A program made the position numbers and the translations under genes. The notes beneath the pieces were generated by a model, which saw only the letters and a program-made list of their open reading frames with translations, had not been told where the DNA came from and did no database searches. 64,000 bases of DNA from an uncultured Collinsella sp. (GTDB lineage Bacteria; Actinomycetota; Coriobacteriia; Coriobacteriales; Coriobacteriaceae): NCBI GenBank assembly GCA_902475375.1, contig CABRZC010000002.1:3024-67023 (forward strand), given 5' to 3'. Shown piece by piece: positions 17,181-25,632 of this stretch (the stretch's first letter is position 1; each line of letters begins with the position of its first letter).

Positions 17181-20063
17181 ATGACGCTACTGTATTTCCT
17201 TACCCTGTTTCCGCTGGTACCGGCGCTGGGCATGCTGCTCGCGCACGGTGACCGCGCCCGCGATGCGGTGGGGCTCATAGGTTCCGGCATCATTATGGTG
17301 GTGACAGTTGTAGTCGCCGTCATGTTTTTTGGCGCGGGCCCGCAGAGCTTTGAGGTTGCCTCCGACACCTCGCATGTGCTCTCGATCATCAGCTCCGCCA
17401 TCGATGTCATTCTGTGCGCCGTCATCCTGTACAACGCGTACAAATATAGGAACGTGCTCACCACGGTGCTCGGCATAGTCCAGCTGGTGGGCTCGCTCGC
17501 CTTTGCAGCCATGACGCTGCCCGCGGCCGAAGCCGTCACGGCGACGCCGCTCTACCTGGATTACATGAGCGTGATCATGGTCCTCGCCGTCGGCATTGTC
17601 GGCAGCCTAATCTGCGTGTATGCCCTGGGCTACATGAAGGACTTCCAGGCCCACGACGAGCACGAGGCCGCGCTGCGCGGGCAGACCGCGCCCGACCGTC
17701 GCCCGCAGTTCCTGGCGCTTATGTTCCTGTTCCTCTCGGCCATGTTCGTCATCGTGACGAGCGACAACCTTGAGTGGTTGTTCTGCGGCTGGGAAATCAC
17801 CACCGTGTGCTCGTTCCTTATGATTGGCTATACGCGCACGCCCGAGGCCATCAAGAACGCCTTCACCCAGATCATCCTCAACATGCTGGGCGGTATCGCG
17901 TTTTTGGCCGGCCTCATGTACCTGCACGTTAACGGTATGCCGCTGACCATCTCGGGTGTGATCGAGCTTTCCGGCGCCGGAACCGCGCAATCCGCGCTGC
18001 TGGTGATGCCGGTCATCCTGTTGTCGCTCGCCGCACTCACCAAGGCCGCACAGATGCCGTTCCACACTTGGCTGCTGGGTGCCATGGTTGCCCCCACGCC
18101 CACGAGCGCCCTGCTGCACTCGTCAACCATGGTCAAAGCCGGCGTGTTTCTGATGGTCAAGCTCAGCCCGCTCTATGCCATCTATCCCGTGACTGGCTTT
18201 ATGGTCACGAGCGTGGGCGCTATCACGTTTTTGCTCGCCGCCCTCATGGCCATCTCGCAGAGCAACGCCAAACGCGTGCTCGCGTACTCCACCATTTCCA
18301 ACTTGGGCCTCATCAGTGCCTGTTTGGGTGTCGGCGCGCCCGAGGCCGTATGGGCGGCCATCTTCCTGATCCTGTTCCACACGGTGGCAAAGTCGCTGCT
18401 GTTCCTGTGCGTGGGCACGGCCGAGCATCATATCGGCAGCCGCAATATCGAGGACATGGACGGTATGTTCAGCCGCATGCCGCACCTGACGCGCCTGATG
18501 ATGCTGGGCATCATGGGCATGTTTGTGGCGCCGTTTGGCATGCTCGTGTCCAAGTGGGGCGCCCTGGTGGCGTTCGCGCAGACCGGCAACGTGCTCATGA
18601 TCATGGTGTTGGCCTTTGGCTCGGCTGCGACGTTTTACTTCTGGGGCAAGTGGCTTGCCAAGCTTTCGGGCGTCGACCCCACGGCTCAAAACGTTGAGGT
18701 CAATGTCCATAAGACCGAATGGATGGCGCTCAACACCATCGCCGCGCTGCTGATTCTGTGCTGCGTGGCCTTCCCGCTCATCTCGAGCGGTCTGGTGTCG
18801 CCTTACCTGGCCATGGTGTTTGGTCGCGTGCCGTACGTTATTGGCAAGGACGCCATGTATCTGATGGTGGTTATCGTGGCGTTTATCGCCGTGGTGCTGC
18901 TGACTTCATTCCGCGTGAGCAACAAACCGCACGTCAACGTGTACCTTTCGGGCGTGGGAACCGACAAATATCGCCATTTCCGCGGCTCGATGGGTCACGA
19001 GGTAAAGGCCGAAAAGCGCAATTGGTACTCGGAGGACGCCCTTGGCGAGAAGCGTATTGGCCCCGCGGGTAGCGTCGTGTGCTGCAGTATTATTTTGTTT
19101 GCGCTGCTGTGTTGCGCGTGGATTGGGCCCGAGCGGCTTGCCATGAGCGCGCCCTCGGTGCTGCGTGGCAAGTATTTTGAAGGTTCGGGTGTCGTGGGCA
19201 TCTTTATTGGCACCGTGGCGTTTGCCCTGCTGGCGCCGCTTGTGGGCGGCCTGATCGACGGCGTTGACCGTAAGCTTTCGGCTCGCATGCAGGGCCGTGT
19301 GGGCCCGCGCCTGCTGCAACCGTTCTACGACGTTGCCAAGCTGCTGAGCAAGGCCCCTGCCAGCGTAAACACCATGGACGATACCTACATGGCGTGCGCG
19401 CTCATCTTTACCGTCGTGGGCGGCGGCATCTTTGTGTCGGGCTCCAACACGCTGCTGTGCGCCTTTATGGTGACGCTCGCCGCGATCTTTGTGGTGTTGG
19501 CGTCCGCCTCGACGCAAAGCCCGTTTGCCCAGGTTGGCGCCGACCGCGAGCTGCTGCAGGTTATGAGTTACGAGCCCGCCGTTCTGCTGATGAGCGTGGG
19601 CCTGTACCTTGCCACCGATAGCTTCGATTCCATCGCCGTGACGGGGCAGTCGGCCCCCATCATCGTGTACAGCGCGCCCATTTTCCTCGCGCTGCTCGCG
19701 GTGCTCACCATCAAGCTGCGCAAGTCGCCGTTTGACCTTTCGTACTCGCATCACGCGCATCAGGAGATCGTTCAGGGCGTCGCCACCGAGATGAGCGGCG
19801 GCACGCTGGCAAAGATGACCCTTATGCACTGGTGCGAGACCGTGCTGTTTTTGATGTGGGTGGGCATGTTCTTTGTCTGGGACAACCCGGTGAGCTGGGT
19901 CGTGGCCCTGGTCGTGATGGCCGCGACGTATTTTGTCGAGGTGCTTATCGACAACACCTTCGCACGCAGTACCTGGCGCAGCTGCTTTAAGCTCGGATGG
20001 GGCGTGGCGCTGGTGTTTGGCCTGCTCAACCTTATGCCCATCCTCGTCGACGTGTTTATTTAG
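17181..20063 (+). CDS. group 4 [NiFe]-hydrogenase membrane subunit, fused NuoL/HycC/EchA-like and NuoH/HycD/EchB-like modules
   Basis: 960 aa. The N-terminal ~640 aa is polytopic and carries the antiporter-like signature WEITTVCSFLMIGY. The C-terminal ~310 aa begins with LVGGLIDGVDRKLSARMQGRVGPRLLQPFYDVAKLL, the hallmark N-terminus of NuoH/HycD/EchB. SD GGGGGAG lies upstream. Confidence 0.85.
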   Translation: MTLLYFLTLFPLVPALGMLLAHGDRARDAVGLIGSGIIMVVTVVVAVMFFGAGPQSFEVASDTSHVLSIISSAIDVILCAVILYNAYKYRNVLTTVLGIVQLVGSLAFAAMTLPAAEAVTATPLYLDYMSVIMVLAVGIVGSLICVYALGYMKDFQAHDEHEAALRGQTAPDRRPQFLALMFLFLSAMFVIVTSDNLEWLFCGWEITTVCSFLMIGYTRTPEAIKNAFTQIILNMLGGIAFLAGLMYLHVNGMPLTISGVIELSGAGTAQSALLVMPVILLSLAALTKAAQMPFHTWLLGAMVAPTPTSALLHSSTMVKAGVFLMVKLSPLYAIYPVTGFMVTSVGAITFLLAALMAISQSNAKRVLAYSTISNLGLISACLGVGAPEAVWAAIFLILFHTVAKSLLFLCVGTAEHHIGSRNIEDMDGMFSRMPHLTRLMMLGIMGMFVAPFGMLVSKWGALVAFAQTGNVLMIMVLAFGSAATFYFWGKWLAKLSGVDPTAQNVEVNVHKTEWMALNTIAALLILCCVAFPLISSGLVSPYLAMVFGRVPYVIGKDAMYLMVVIVAFIAVVLLTSFRVSNKPHVNVYLSGVGTDKYRHFRGSMGHEVKAEKRNWYSEDALGEKRIGPAGSVVCCSIILFALLCCAWIGPERLAMSAPSVLRGKYFEGSGVVGIFIGTVAFALLAPLVGGLIDGVDRKLSARMQGRVGPRLLQPFYDVAKLLSKAPASVNTMDDTYMACALIFTVVGGGIFVSGSNTLLCAFMVTLAAIFVVLASASTQSPFAQVGADRELLQVMSYEPAVLLMSVGLYLATDSFDSIAVTGQSAPIIVYSAPIFLALLAVLTIKLRKSPFDLSYSHHAHQEIVQGVATEMSGGTLAKMTLMHWCETVLFLMWVGMFFVWDNPVSWVVALVVMAATYFVEVLIDNTFARSTWRSCFKLGWGVALVFGLLNLMPILVDVFI

Positions 20064-20075
20064 GAGGCGGCATCC

Positions 20076-20705
20076 ATGGATCATAAAATGTCGCGCTCGC
20101 CGTGGGTTATTCATTACGACGGCTCGAGCTGCAACGGATGCGATATCGAGGTGCTGGCCTCGCTCACGCCGCTGTTCGATGCGGAGCGCTTTGGCGTGGT
20201 CAACACCGGCAACCCCAAGCATGCGGACATCTTTTTGGTGACGGGGTCGGTCAATGCCCAGAACCTGCCCGTCGTGCGCCAGATCTACAACCAGATGCTC
20301 GAGCCCAAGTGCGTGGTGGCCTGCGGTATCTGTGCGTGTTCGGGCGGCGTGTTCCGCGATGCCTATAACGTGATCGGCGGCGTGGACCGCGCGATTCCCG
20401 TGGACGTGTACGCGCCCGGGTGCGCCATTCGCCCCGAGACCGTGATCGATGCCATCGTGGAGGCGTGCGGCATCCTGGACCAGAAGGAGGCCGTGATGCG
20501 CGCCGGCGGCGATCCGCTTACCGTGGGCGGCGCCGCGACCTGGGACGGTGGCGTTGAGCTGGGCGAGGACGGGTTTGTGGCTGCGGGGGCCGGGACTGAT
20601 GGTGCCGGTGACGGCGTCGAGGCCAACGTGTCCACCAGGTCCGCCGCACCCGCCGCTGGCGACGCGCCCGCTGAGACGCCCATCGCTGCAAAGGAGGCCG
20701 AGTAA
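20076..20705 (+). CDS. [NiFe]-hydrogenase small subunit (NuoB/HycG/EchC-like) with low-complexity C-terminal tail
   Basis: The cluster-binding cysteines are present: YDGSSCNGCDIEV, ACGICACSGGVF and PGCAIRPE. About 70 extra G/A/D/E-rich residues follow at the C-terminus. Confidence 0.85.
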   Translation: MDHKMSRSPWVIHYDGSSCNGCDIEVLASLTPLFDAERFGVVNTGNPKHADIFLVTGSVNAQNLPVVRQIYNQMLEPKCVVACGICACSGGVFRDAYNVIGGVDRAIPVDVYAPGCAIRPETVIDAIVEACGILDQKEAVMRAGGDPLTVGGAATWDGGVELGEDGFVAAGAGTDGAGDGVEANVSTRSAAPAAGDAPAETPIAAKEAE

Positions 20706-21421
20706 TGCAAAAGGCTATCTATACCACCGTCGGGATCGATGAGCTCCTGTCGCATGTCCAGGCGCTCAAGGGCGTCGGCGCGCGCTTTGTGCAAATGCAC
20801 GCCGAGCGCTGTGTGGACGACGGCACGTATCGCCTGGTCTATACGTTTATCAACGTCCGCGCTGCGCAAGAGCAGATCGCTCGGGATGGCAGCCATGCGA
20901 TCGAGAACCTGGTGGTCGAGGGCATCGACCAGTACCAGGAGATTCCGTCCATCAGCTCGTATTATCCGGCGGTATTCCCGTTTGAGAACGAGGCGCACGA
21001 CCTGTTTGGGCTTGCCATCACCGACATGCAGATCGACTTTAAGGGCTTTTTCTACCAGGTCTCGACTGCCGAGCCCATGAGCGTTATCACGCCCGAGGTG
21101 AAGGCCGCACGCGAGAAGGCCATGAAGGTCCGCGCGGCTGCCGAGGCCAAGGCGCGCAAGGCCGCGGCCGAGAAGGCCGCCGCGGCTGCGGCTGCTGCAG
21201 GGGAGGGCGCTGCGGGCGCCGGCGATGCCGCAGGCGCCGCTGCTCAGCCCGCTGCGGCTGCCGGCTCCGATACTCAACACGATGAAGCTGCTGCGAAGGC
21301 CGCGCTCAAGGCCGCCGAGCTGGAGGCAAAGCTCGCCGCCATGGATCCCGAGAAAGCGGCCAAGGTCCGCGCGGCGCTTGCCGCCAAGGCCGCCCGCGAC
21401 AAGCAGAAAAAGGAGGCGTAA
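20705..21421 (+). CDS. NuoC/EchD-like hydrogenase subunit with Ala/Lys-rich C-terminal tail
   Basis: The start overlaps the previous stop (TAATG). The first ~125 aa are NuoC-like (PAVFPFENEAHDLFGL). The last ~110 aa are A/K/E-rich low complexity. Confidence 0.7.
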   Translation: MQKAIYTTVGIDELLSHVQALKGVGARFVQMHAERCVDDGTYRLVYTFINVRAAQEQIARDGSHAIENLVVEGIDQYQEIPSISSYYPAVFPFENEAHDLFGLAITDMQIDFKGFFYQVSTAEPMSVITPEVKAAREKAMKVRAAAEAKARKAAAEKAAAAAAAAGEGAAGAGDAAGAAAQPAAAAGSDTQHDEAAAKAALKAAELEAKLAAMDPEKAAKVRAALAAKAARDKQKKEA

Positions 21422-21426
21422 GGTCC

Positions 21427-22515
21427 ATGGCACATCGCTCCGTTATTCCGTTTGGCCCGCAACACCCGGTGCTGCCCGAGCCGCTTCATCTGGACCTGGT
21501 GATCGAGGACGACCGCGTCATCGAGGCAATTCCGCAGATCGGCTTTGTGCACCGCGGACTCGAGAAGCTCACCGAAAAGCGCGACATGCACCAGTTTGGC
21601 TACATCGCCGAGCGCATCTGCGGCATCTGCGCCGTGGGCCACAGCTATGGCTATGCCAGCGCCTGCGAGCGCATGCTCGACATCGAGGTGCCCGGCCGCG
21701 CGCAGTATATCCGCACCATTTTGCACGAGCTTTCGCGCATCCACTCGCATCTGCTGTGGCTGGGCCTGCTCGCCGATGCCTTTGGCTTCGAGGCGCTGTT
21801 CTATCGTTCGTGGACGCTGCGCGAGCAGATTCTCAAGATCTTCGAGAGCACGTGCGGTGGCCGCGTGATTCTGTCGATTAACGAGATCGGCGGCCTTAAG
21901 CACGATATTGAGGATTCTGAGCTGGCGGGTATTGTCCAAACGCTCGACGCCATGCGCCCCGCCTACGAGGCCCTGGTGCATACGTTTTTGGACGACAATA
22001 GCTGCGGCGAGCGCCTGCATGGCGTGGGCGTGATCAGCAAGAAGGACGCGCTGAATCTGTCGATGGTCGGCCCGTTCGGTCGCGCCTCGGGCGTGGATTA
22101 CGACGTGCGCATGTTTGGCGACGGTGCCTATGCAGGCCTGGCAGCATTTGAGCCCATCGTTGCTACCGACGGCGACTGCTATGCCCGCTGCCAGGTGCGT
22201 TGTGCCGAGGTCACGCAGGCCATGGACATCATCAAGGAGCTTGTCAGCAAGATCCCGCACGACGGTATCGGCGGGCGCACCAAGCTTACGCCGGCCGACG
22301 GCGCGCGCGGCGAGGTTGTGATTGAGCAGCCGCGCGGCGAGGCGTACTACTATGTGCGCGGCAACGGCACCAAGAATCTGGACCGTTTTCGCGTGCGCAC
22401 GCCGACGTCGCAGAACCTGGCGGGTCTGACACATGCGCTGCAGGGCGTGCTCCTTGCCAACGTGCCCATGATTATCCTGACCATCGACCCCTGCATTAGC
22501 TGCACGGAAAGGTAG
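21427..22515 (+). CDS. group 4 [NiFe]-hydrogenase large subunit (EchE/HycE/NuoD-like)
   Basis: The N-terminal Ni-binding motif RICGICAVGHS and the C-terminal DPCISCTER are both present. The protein ends at that motif, with no C-terminal extension. Confidence 0.9.
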   Translation: MAHRSVIPFGPQHPVLPEPLHLDLVIEDDRVIEAIPQIGFVHRGLEKLTEKRDMHQFGYIAERICGICAVGHSYGYASACERMLDIEVPGRAQYIRTILHELSRIHSHLLWLGLLADAFGFEALFYRSWTLREQILKIFESTCGGRVILSINEIGGLKHDIEDSELAGIVQTLDAMRPAYEALVHTFLDDNSCGERLHGVGVISKKDALNLSMVGPFGRASGVDYDVRMFGDGAYAGLAAFEPIVATDGDCYARCQVRCAEVTQAMDIIKELVSKIPHDGIGGRTKLTPADGARGEVVIEQPRGEAYYYVRGNGTKNLDRFRVRTPTSQNLAGLTHALQGVLLANVPMIILTIDPCISCTER

Positions 22516-22522
22516 GCGCGGC

Positions 22523-22864
22523 ATGAGTTTACTGACATTTGCCAAGACGGCCTTGGGCTCTATGGTCAAGCAGCCGGTAACGGTGTGCTATCCGCAGGAG
22601 AAGCTGACGGCGCCCGAGCGCTTGCGCGGGCACATCGTTAACGACATGGACGTGTGCATTTGCTGCGGGATGTGCGCGCGTCGCTGCCCGGCGGGCGCAC
22701 TCGCGGTCGATCGCAAGGGCGGAACGTGGTCGATCGACCCGTATGCCTGCGTGGTGTGCGGCGAGTGCATCGAAAGCTGCCCCAAGCGCTGCCTGACTAT
22801 GGACACCGCCCGTACTCCAGTTGCGGCGGATAAGACTCCCACGGTAGAAACCAAGCCGGAATAG
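22523..22864 (+). CDS. 2x[4Fe-4S] ferredoxin subunit (EchF/HycF/NuoI-like)
   Basis: Two CxxCxxCxxxCP motifs: CICCGMCARRCP and CVVCGECIESCP. Confidence 0.85.
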   Translation: MSLLTFAKTALGSMVKQPVTVCYPQEKLTAPERLRGHIVNDMDVCICCGMCARRCPAGALAVDRKGGTWSIDPYACVVCGECIESCPKRCLTMDTARTPVAADKTPTVETKPE

Positions 22865-22885
22865 AACTGGAATAGAACTGGAATA

Positions 22886-22919
22886 GGGGCCGGTGGGGCA
22901 AAAATGCCCCGCCGGCCCC
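22886..22919 (+). terminator. GC-rich stem-loop ending the hydrogenase operon
   Basis: GGGGCCGGTGGGGC-AAAAAT-GCCCCGCCGGCCCC forms 14 bp with one G-U pair. There is no U tract, consistent with an actinobacterial-style terminator. Confidence 0.6.
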
Positions 22920-22952
22920 GCGCGTGAGCGCGCGGCTAAGCCTCTGCGAACA

Positions 22953-23104
22953 AAAACTATGCCGGATTACGGGGCTGGATAGCGAACCTCCGACCATACA
23001 GAAAATCGCAAAAACAAAACCGCAGGTAGACGAGCTGTCATCTTGCAGAAAACGCGGGTATGGATGGGGATCCTGAGTTTGGCCCCGTAATCCGGCATAG
23101 TTTT
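22953..23104. repeat. hairpin element A (23-bp terminal inverted repeat, 106-bp core)
   Basis: AAAACTATGCCGGATTACGGGGC (22953-22975) is the perfect reverse complement of 23082-23104. The core contains AAAACCGCAGGTAGA (23016-23030) and GCGGGTATGG (23054-23063). Confidence 0.85.
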
Positions 23105-23209
23105 GAAATGCCTCCATATCCGTAACATCCCTTGATCTCCCACGGACAGAGGGAAACGGATCATTTTGGCCTTGCGAGGGCTGCCACGTGACCCGTCTGC
23201 CATGAAATG

Positions 23210-23347
23210 GGCCCATCTACTACGTTTAAGCCGCTATCCTCAACCATGGCAAGTAATGCGAAATAAAAACCGCAGGTAGAACGCCTGCGATTTTTTATGA
23301 AAAGCGGGTATGGTCGGGGGTATCGAGTCAAACGTAGTAGATGGGCC
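23210..23347. repeat. hairpin element B (18-bp terminal inverted repeat, 102-bp core)
   Basis: GGCCCATCTACTACGTTT (23210-23227) is the perfect reverse complement of 23330-23347. The core is homologous to element A, with AAAACCGCAGGTAGA at 23266-23280 and GCGGGTATGG at 23304-23313. Confidence 0.85.
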
Positions 23348-23449
23348 GATTTCGTGGCGGGCGCTGTCAGCCGGTTTCCGCGGGTGGAAGAAAATGGATC
23401 ATTTTGGTCCCGCGAGTCTTGCGGAGGCACTCGTGCAGGGCCGCCCGAA

Positions 23450-23603
23450 CAAAACTATGTCGGTTTACTACGAAGAATTCGACATTCCCGACCATGACTG
23501 CATTTTTCTAAATACTGCAAGCGTTCTACCTGCGGTTTTGCAAACGCGCAATTTACCGTGGTCGAAGGCGGGCGATTCGTCGTAGTAAACCGACATAGTT
23601 TTG
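23450..23603. repeat. hairpin element C (24-bp terminal inverted repeat, 106-bp core inverted relative to A and B)
   Basis: CAAAACTATGTCGGTTTACTACGA (23450-23473) is the perfect reverse complement of 23580-23603. The core carries the shared motif on the other strand (TCTACCTGCGGTTTT, 23525-23539). Confidence 0.85.
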
Positions 23604-23663
23604 AAATGGTATTAAATCGGTGGCAGCCATTTTGCTATGCCGGGGTGGTCGGTCGTTGGGTAA

Positions 23664-24293
23664 TTACCCTCGCAGGTAGGCGATGGCGATTTGCGTGCGG
23701 TTGCGCAGGCCCATCTTTGCCAGGATCGAGCTGATGTGGTTGCGCACGGTGCCTTCGCCCATGTAGGCGGTGGCGGCGATCTCCTTGTTGTCGAGGCCAC
23801 GAGCGATGAGCTCGGCGACTTCGAACTCGCGGTCGGTCAGGCTGGCGAAGGCCGCGGGCCGGCGGAGCGTGTCCGCCTCGACGCCCGTTCCGTCAAAATC
23901 GATATCCTCGATCGCCTTACCCTCGAGTACGCGCTTGCCGTCCATGACTTGCACCAACGCTGGCGGAATGGCGGCGACATCGGTCTTGATCAGGTAGCCG
24001 CGGGCGCCCAGTTTGAGCGCCGACACAATGTACTCGTCATCCGAGAATGTCGTCAGAAACACCACGCGCGCCGCAGGGTCGCGCTCAAGGATTTCGCGTG
24101 CTGCCGAAAGTCCGTCACGCCCCGGCATCTGAATGTCGAGCAGCGCGATGTCGGGCGCGTGCTCGGCGTAGAGCGCGACCGCGTCGTCGCCATTGGCGCC
24201 GGTGCCCACTACCTCGATTTGCGGCTGGGCGCCCAGGATAATCTTGAGCGAATCGACCACCAAGCGGTCGTCGTCGACAACGATGAGCCTCAT
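23664..24293 (-). CDS. LuxR/NarL-family response regulator
   Basis: Receiver domain (MRLIVVDDD..., ALLDIQMPGRDG) followed by a C-terminal LuxR HTH (LTDREFEVAELIARGLDNKEIA). Confidence 0.9.
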   Translation of the reverse strand: MRLIVVDDDRLVVDSLKIILGAQPQIEVVGTGANGDDAVALYAEHAPDIALLDIQMPGRDGLSAAREILERDPAARVVFLTTFSDDEYIVSALKLGARGYLIKTDVAAIPPALVQVMDGKRVLEGKAIEDIDFDGTGVEADTLRRPAAFASLTDREFEVAELIARGLDNKEIAATAYMGEGTVRNHISSILAKMGLRNRTQIAIAYLRG

Positions 24294-25435
24294 CGGCCCT
24301 CATCTCCTTGCTGTTTGGGAACGGTGGCAAACACGCGCCAGCCGCCGGCGCTGGCATGCGGACCGGCGGTGAAGGTGCCGCCAAGCGCCTCGATGCGCTC
24401 GCGCATGGAGGCGAGCCCCATGCCCTCCGCGGCGCCGCGGCTGCTTGCTTGGACCCCGCCCGTGCCATCGTCGGTAACGATGAGCTGGTAAAACGACGGA
24501 TGCTCCATGCATCGTACAGTGACAGCATGGGCGCAAGCGTGGCGCATGGTGTTGGAGAGCGCCTCGCGCAGGACCGCCGCAAAGCAGTTGGCGACGTTTG
24601 CGGGTGCATGCTCGGCCATAACTTCAAGCTCAATCTGCGGACCGCCGTCCGAGCGCGCGCCTTCGACAATGCGTTCGAGCTGCACGGAAAGGTCGACGGC
24701 GTTGTCGTTGAGCGCGTGGACGCTGGCGCGCACAAGCTGGAGCGCCTCGTCAACCGTGCGTTTGACGTCGGCGAAATCGGCGGCGACGCCGGGCTCGTCG
24801 GCATGGACTACGCGCAAGGCTTCGGCTTGCAGTGAGGCGCGCGTGAGCTGGTGGCCGACGTTATCGTGGATCTCGCGCGCGATGCGGGCGCGTTCGGCGA
24901 GCGTCGCGAGCTCGACTTCGTAGTCCTGGCGGTCGGCAAGATCGCGGTTGCGTGCTTCGAGCGCCAGAGCACGTTCCTGCAGCTCGTCGCGGGTGCGGTG
25001 CATGCGCCGCTGCTCGCGCTCCAACTGGGCGGTACGTAGCGATAGCAAGGTGGCGGCAACCGAAAGGATGGCGGTCAGCAGGAGCGTTCGGGCGGTGGGC
25101 TCGTCGGCGCGAAGGTCCGCGACGAGCGCAAAGGTAAAGACGGAGCCAATGCTCAGTGCGATCCAGGCACGCTCACGGTGCACGCGTCGTGCGATGTCAT
25201 AGAGGGCGAGAGGTGCAAACGGCACAAACGGCGGCACGAAGACGGCCGCGATGATGTAAGCGCAGCTCGCGGCCTCGCTTGTGCGGCGCGTGCGTTCCTT
25301 CTGCGCGAGCTCGGCCAGCGAGGTGGCAATAACGCCAAGGCAAAACGCCGCGACCAGGCGAGCGTCCACAGCAAGGCCCGTGGCGGCCGCAATACAGCAC
25401 GCCAGCACAATCGATTTGTCGAAAAGCCTGTTCAT
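24290..25435 (-). CDS. HisKA_3-type sensor histidine kinase (DesK/LiaS/NarX class)
   Basis: I chose the start at ATG 25435 (MNRLFDKS...). The protein has 4-5 TM helices, an H-box (ERARIAREIHDNVGHQL), and N and G boxes (REALSNTMRHA, DDGTG, GMGLASMRERIEALGG). Its stop overlaps the regulator start. Confidence 0.85.
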   Translation of the reverse strand: MNRLFDKSIVLACCIAAATGLAVDARLVAAFCLGVIATSLAELAQKERTRRTSEAASCAYIIAAVFVPPFVPFAPLALYDIARRVHRERAWIALSIGSVFTFALVADLRADEPTARTLLLTAILSVAATLLSLRTAQLEREQRRMHRTRDELQERALALEARNRDLADRQDYEVELATLAERARIAREIHDNVGHQLTRASLQAEALRVVHADEPGVAADFADVKRTVDEALQLVRASVHALNDNAVDLSVQLERIVEGARSDGGPQIELEVMAEHAPANVANCFAAVLREALSNTMRHACAHAVTVRCMEHPSFYQLIVTDDGTGGVQASSRGAAEGMGLASMRERIEALGGTFTAGPHASAGGWRVFATVPKQQGDEGR

Positions 25436-25632
25436 ACGGGTATTGTACGCGAAGCCGCGCGTGGTGGAGGGGCCGCCTGCGCAACCGTGACATTCCTCCC
25501 GTACAGCAAATTGGGGGCGCCGGCGGGTCACGCGGCCAAGCCTCGCACTCGTGACAAAGCTCACTGGTGCGCGCCGGCGGCTCCTGCGATGATGCAATCG
25601 TACCGGGCCGCAATCAACAGGAGGGCCGCCTC

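Noticed and set aside
22861-22886. An 11-bp tandem repeat (ATAGAACTGGA, 2.5 copies) at the end of the ferredoxin gene.
   Set aside because: It is real but tiny, begins at the stop codon and sits just before the terminator. I see no basis for assigning it a function.
22797-23585. Track ORFs 22797-23216(-), 22967-23203(-), 23161-23430(-), 23297-23497(+) and 23310-23585(+), all inside the hairpin-element cluster.
   Set aside because: They run through perfect inverted repeats and repeated cores. They have no SD or start context and overlap each other in several frames. The region is better explained as non-coding repeats.
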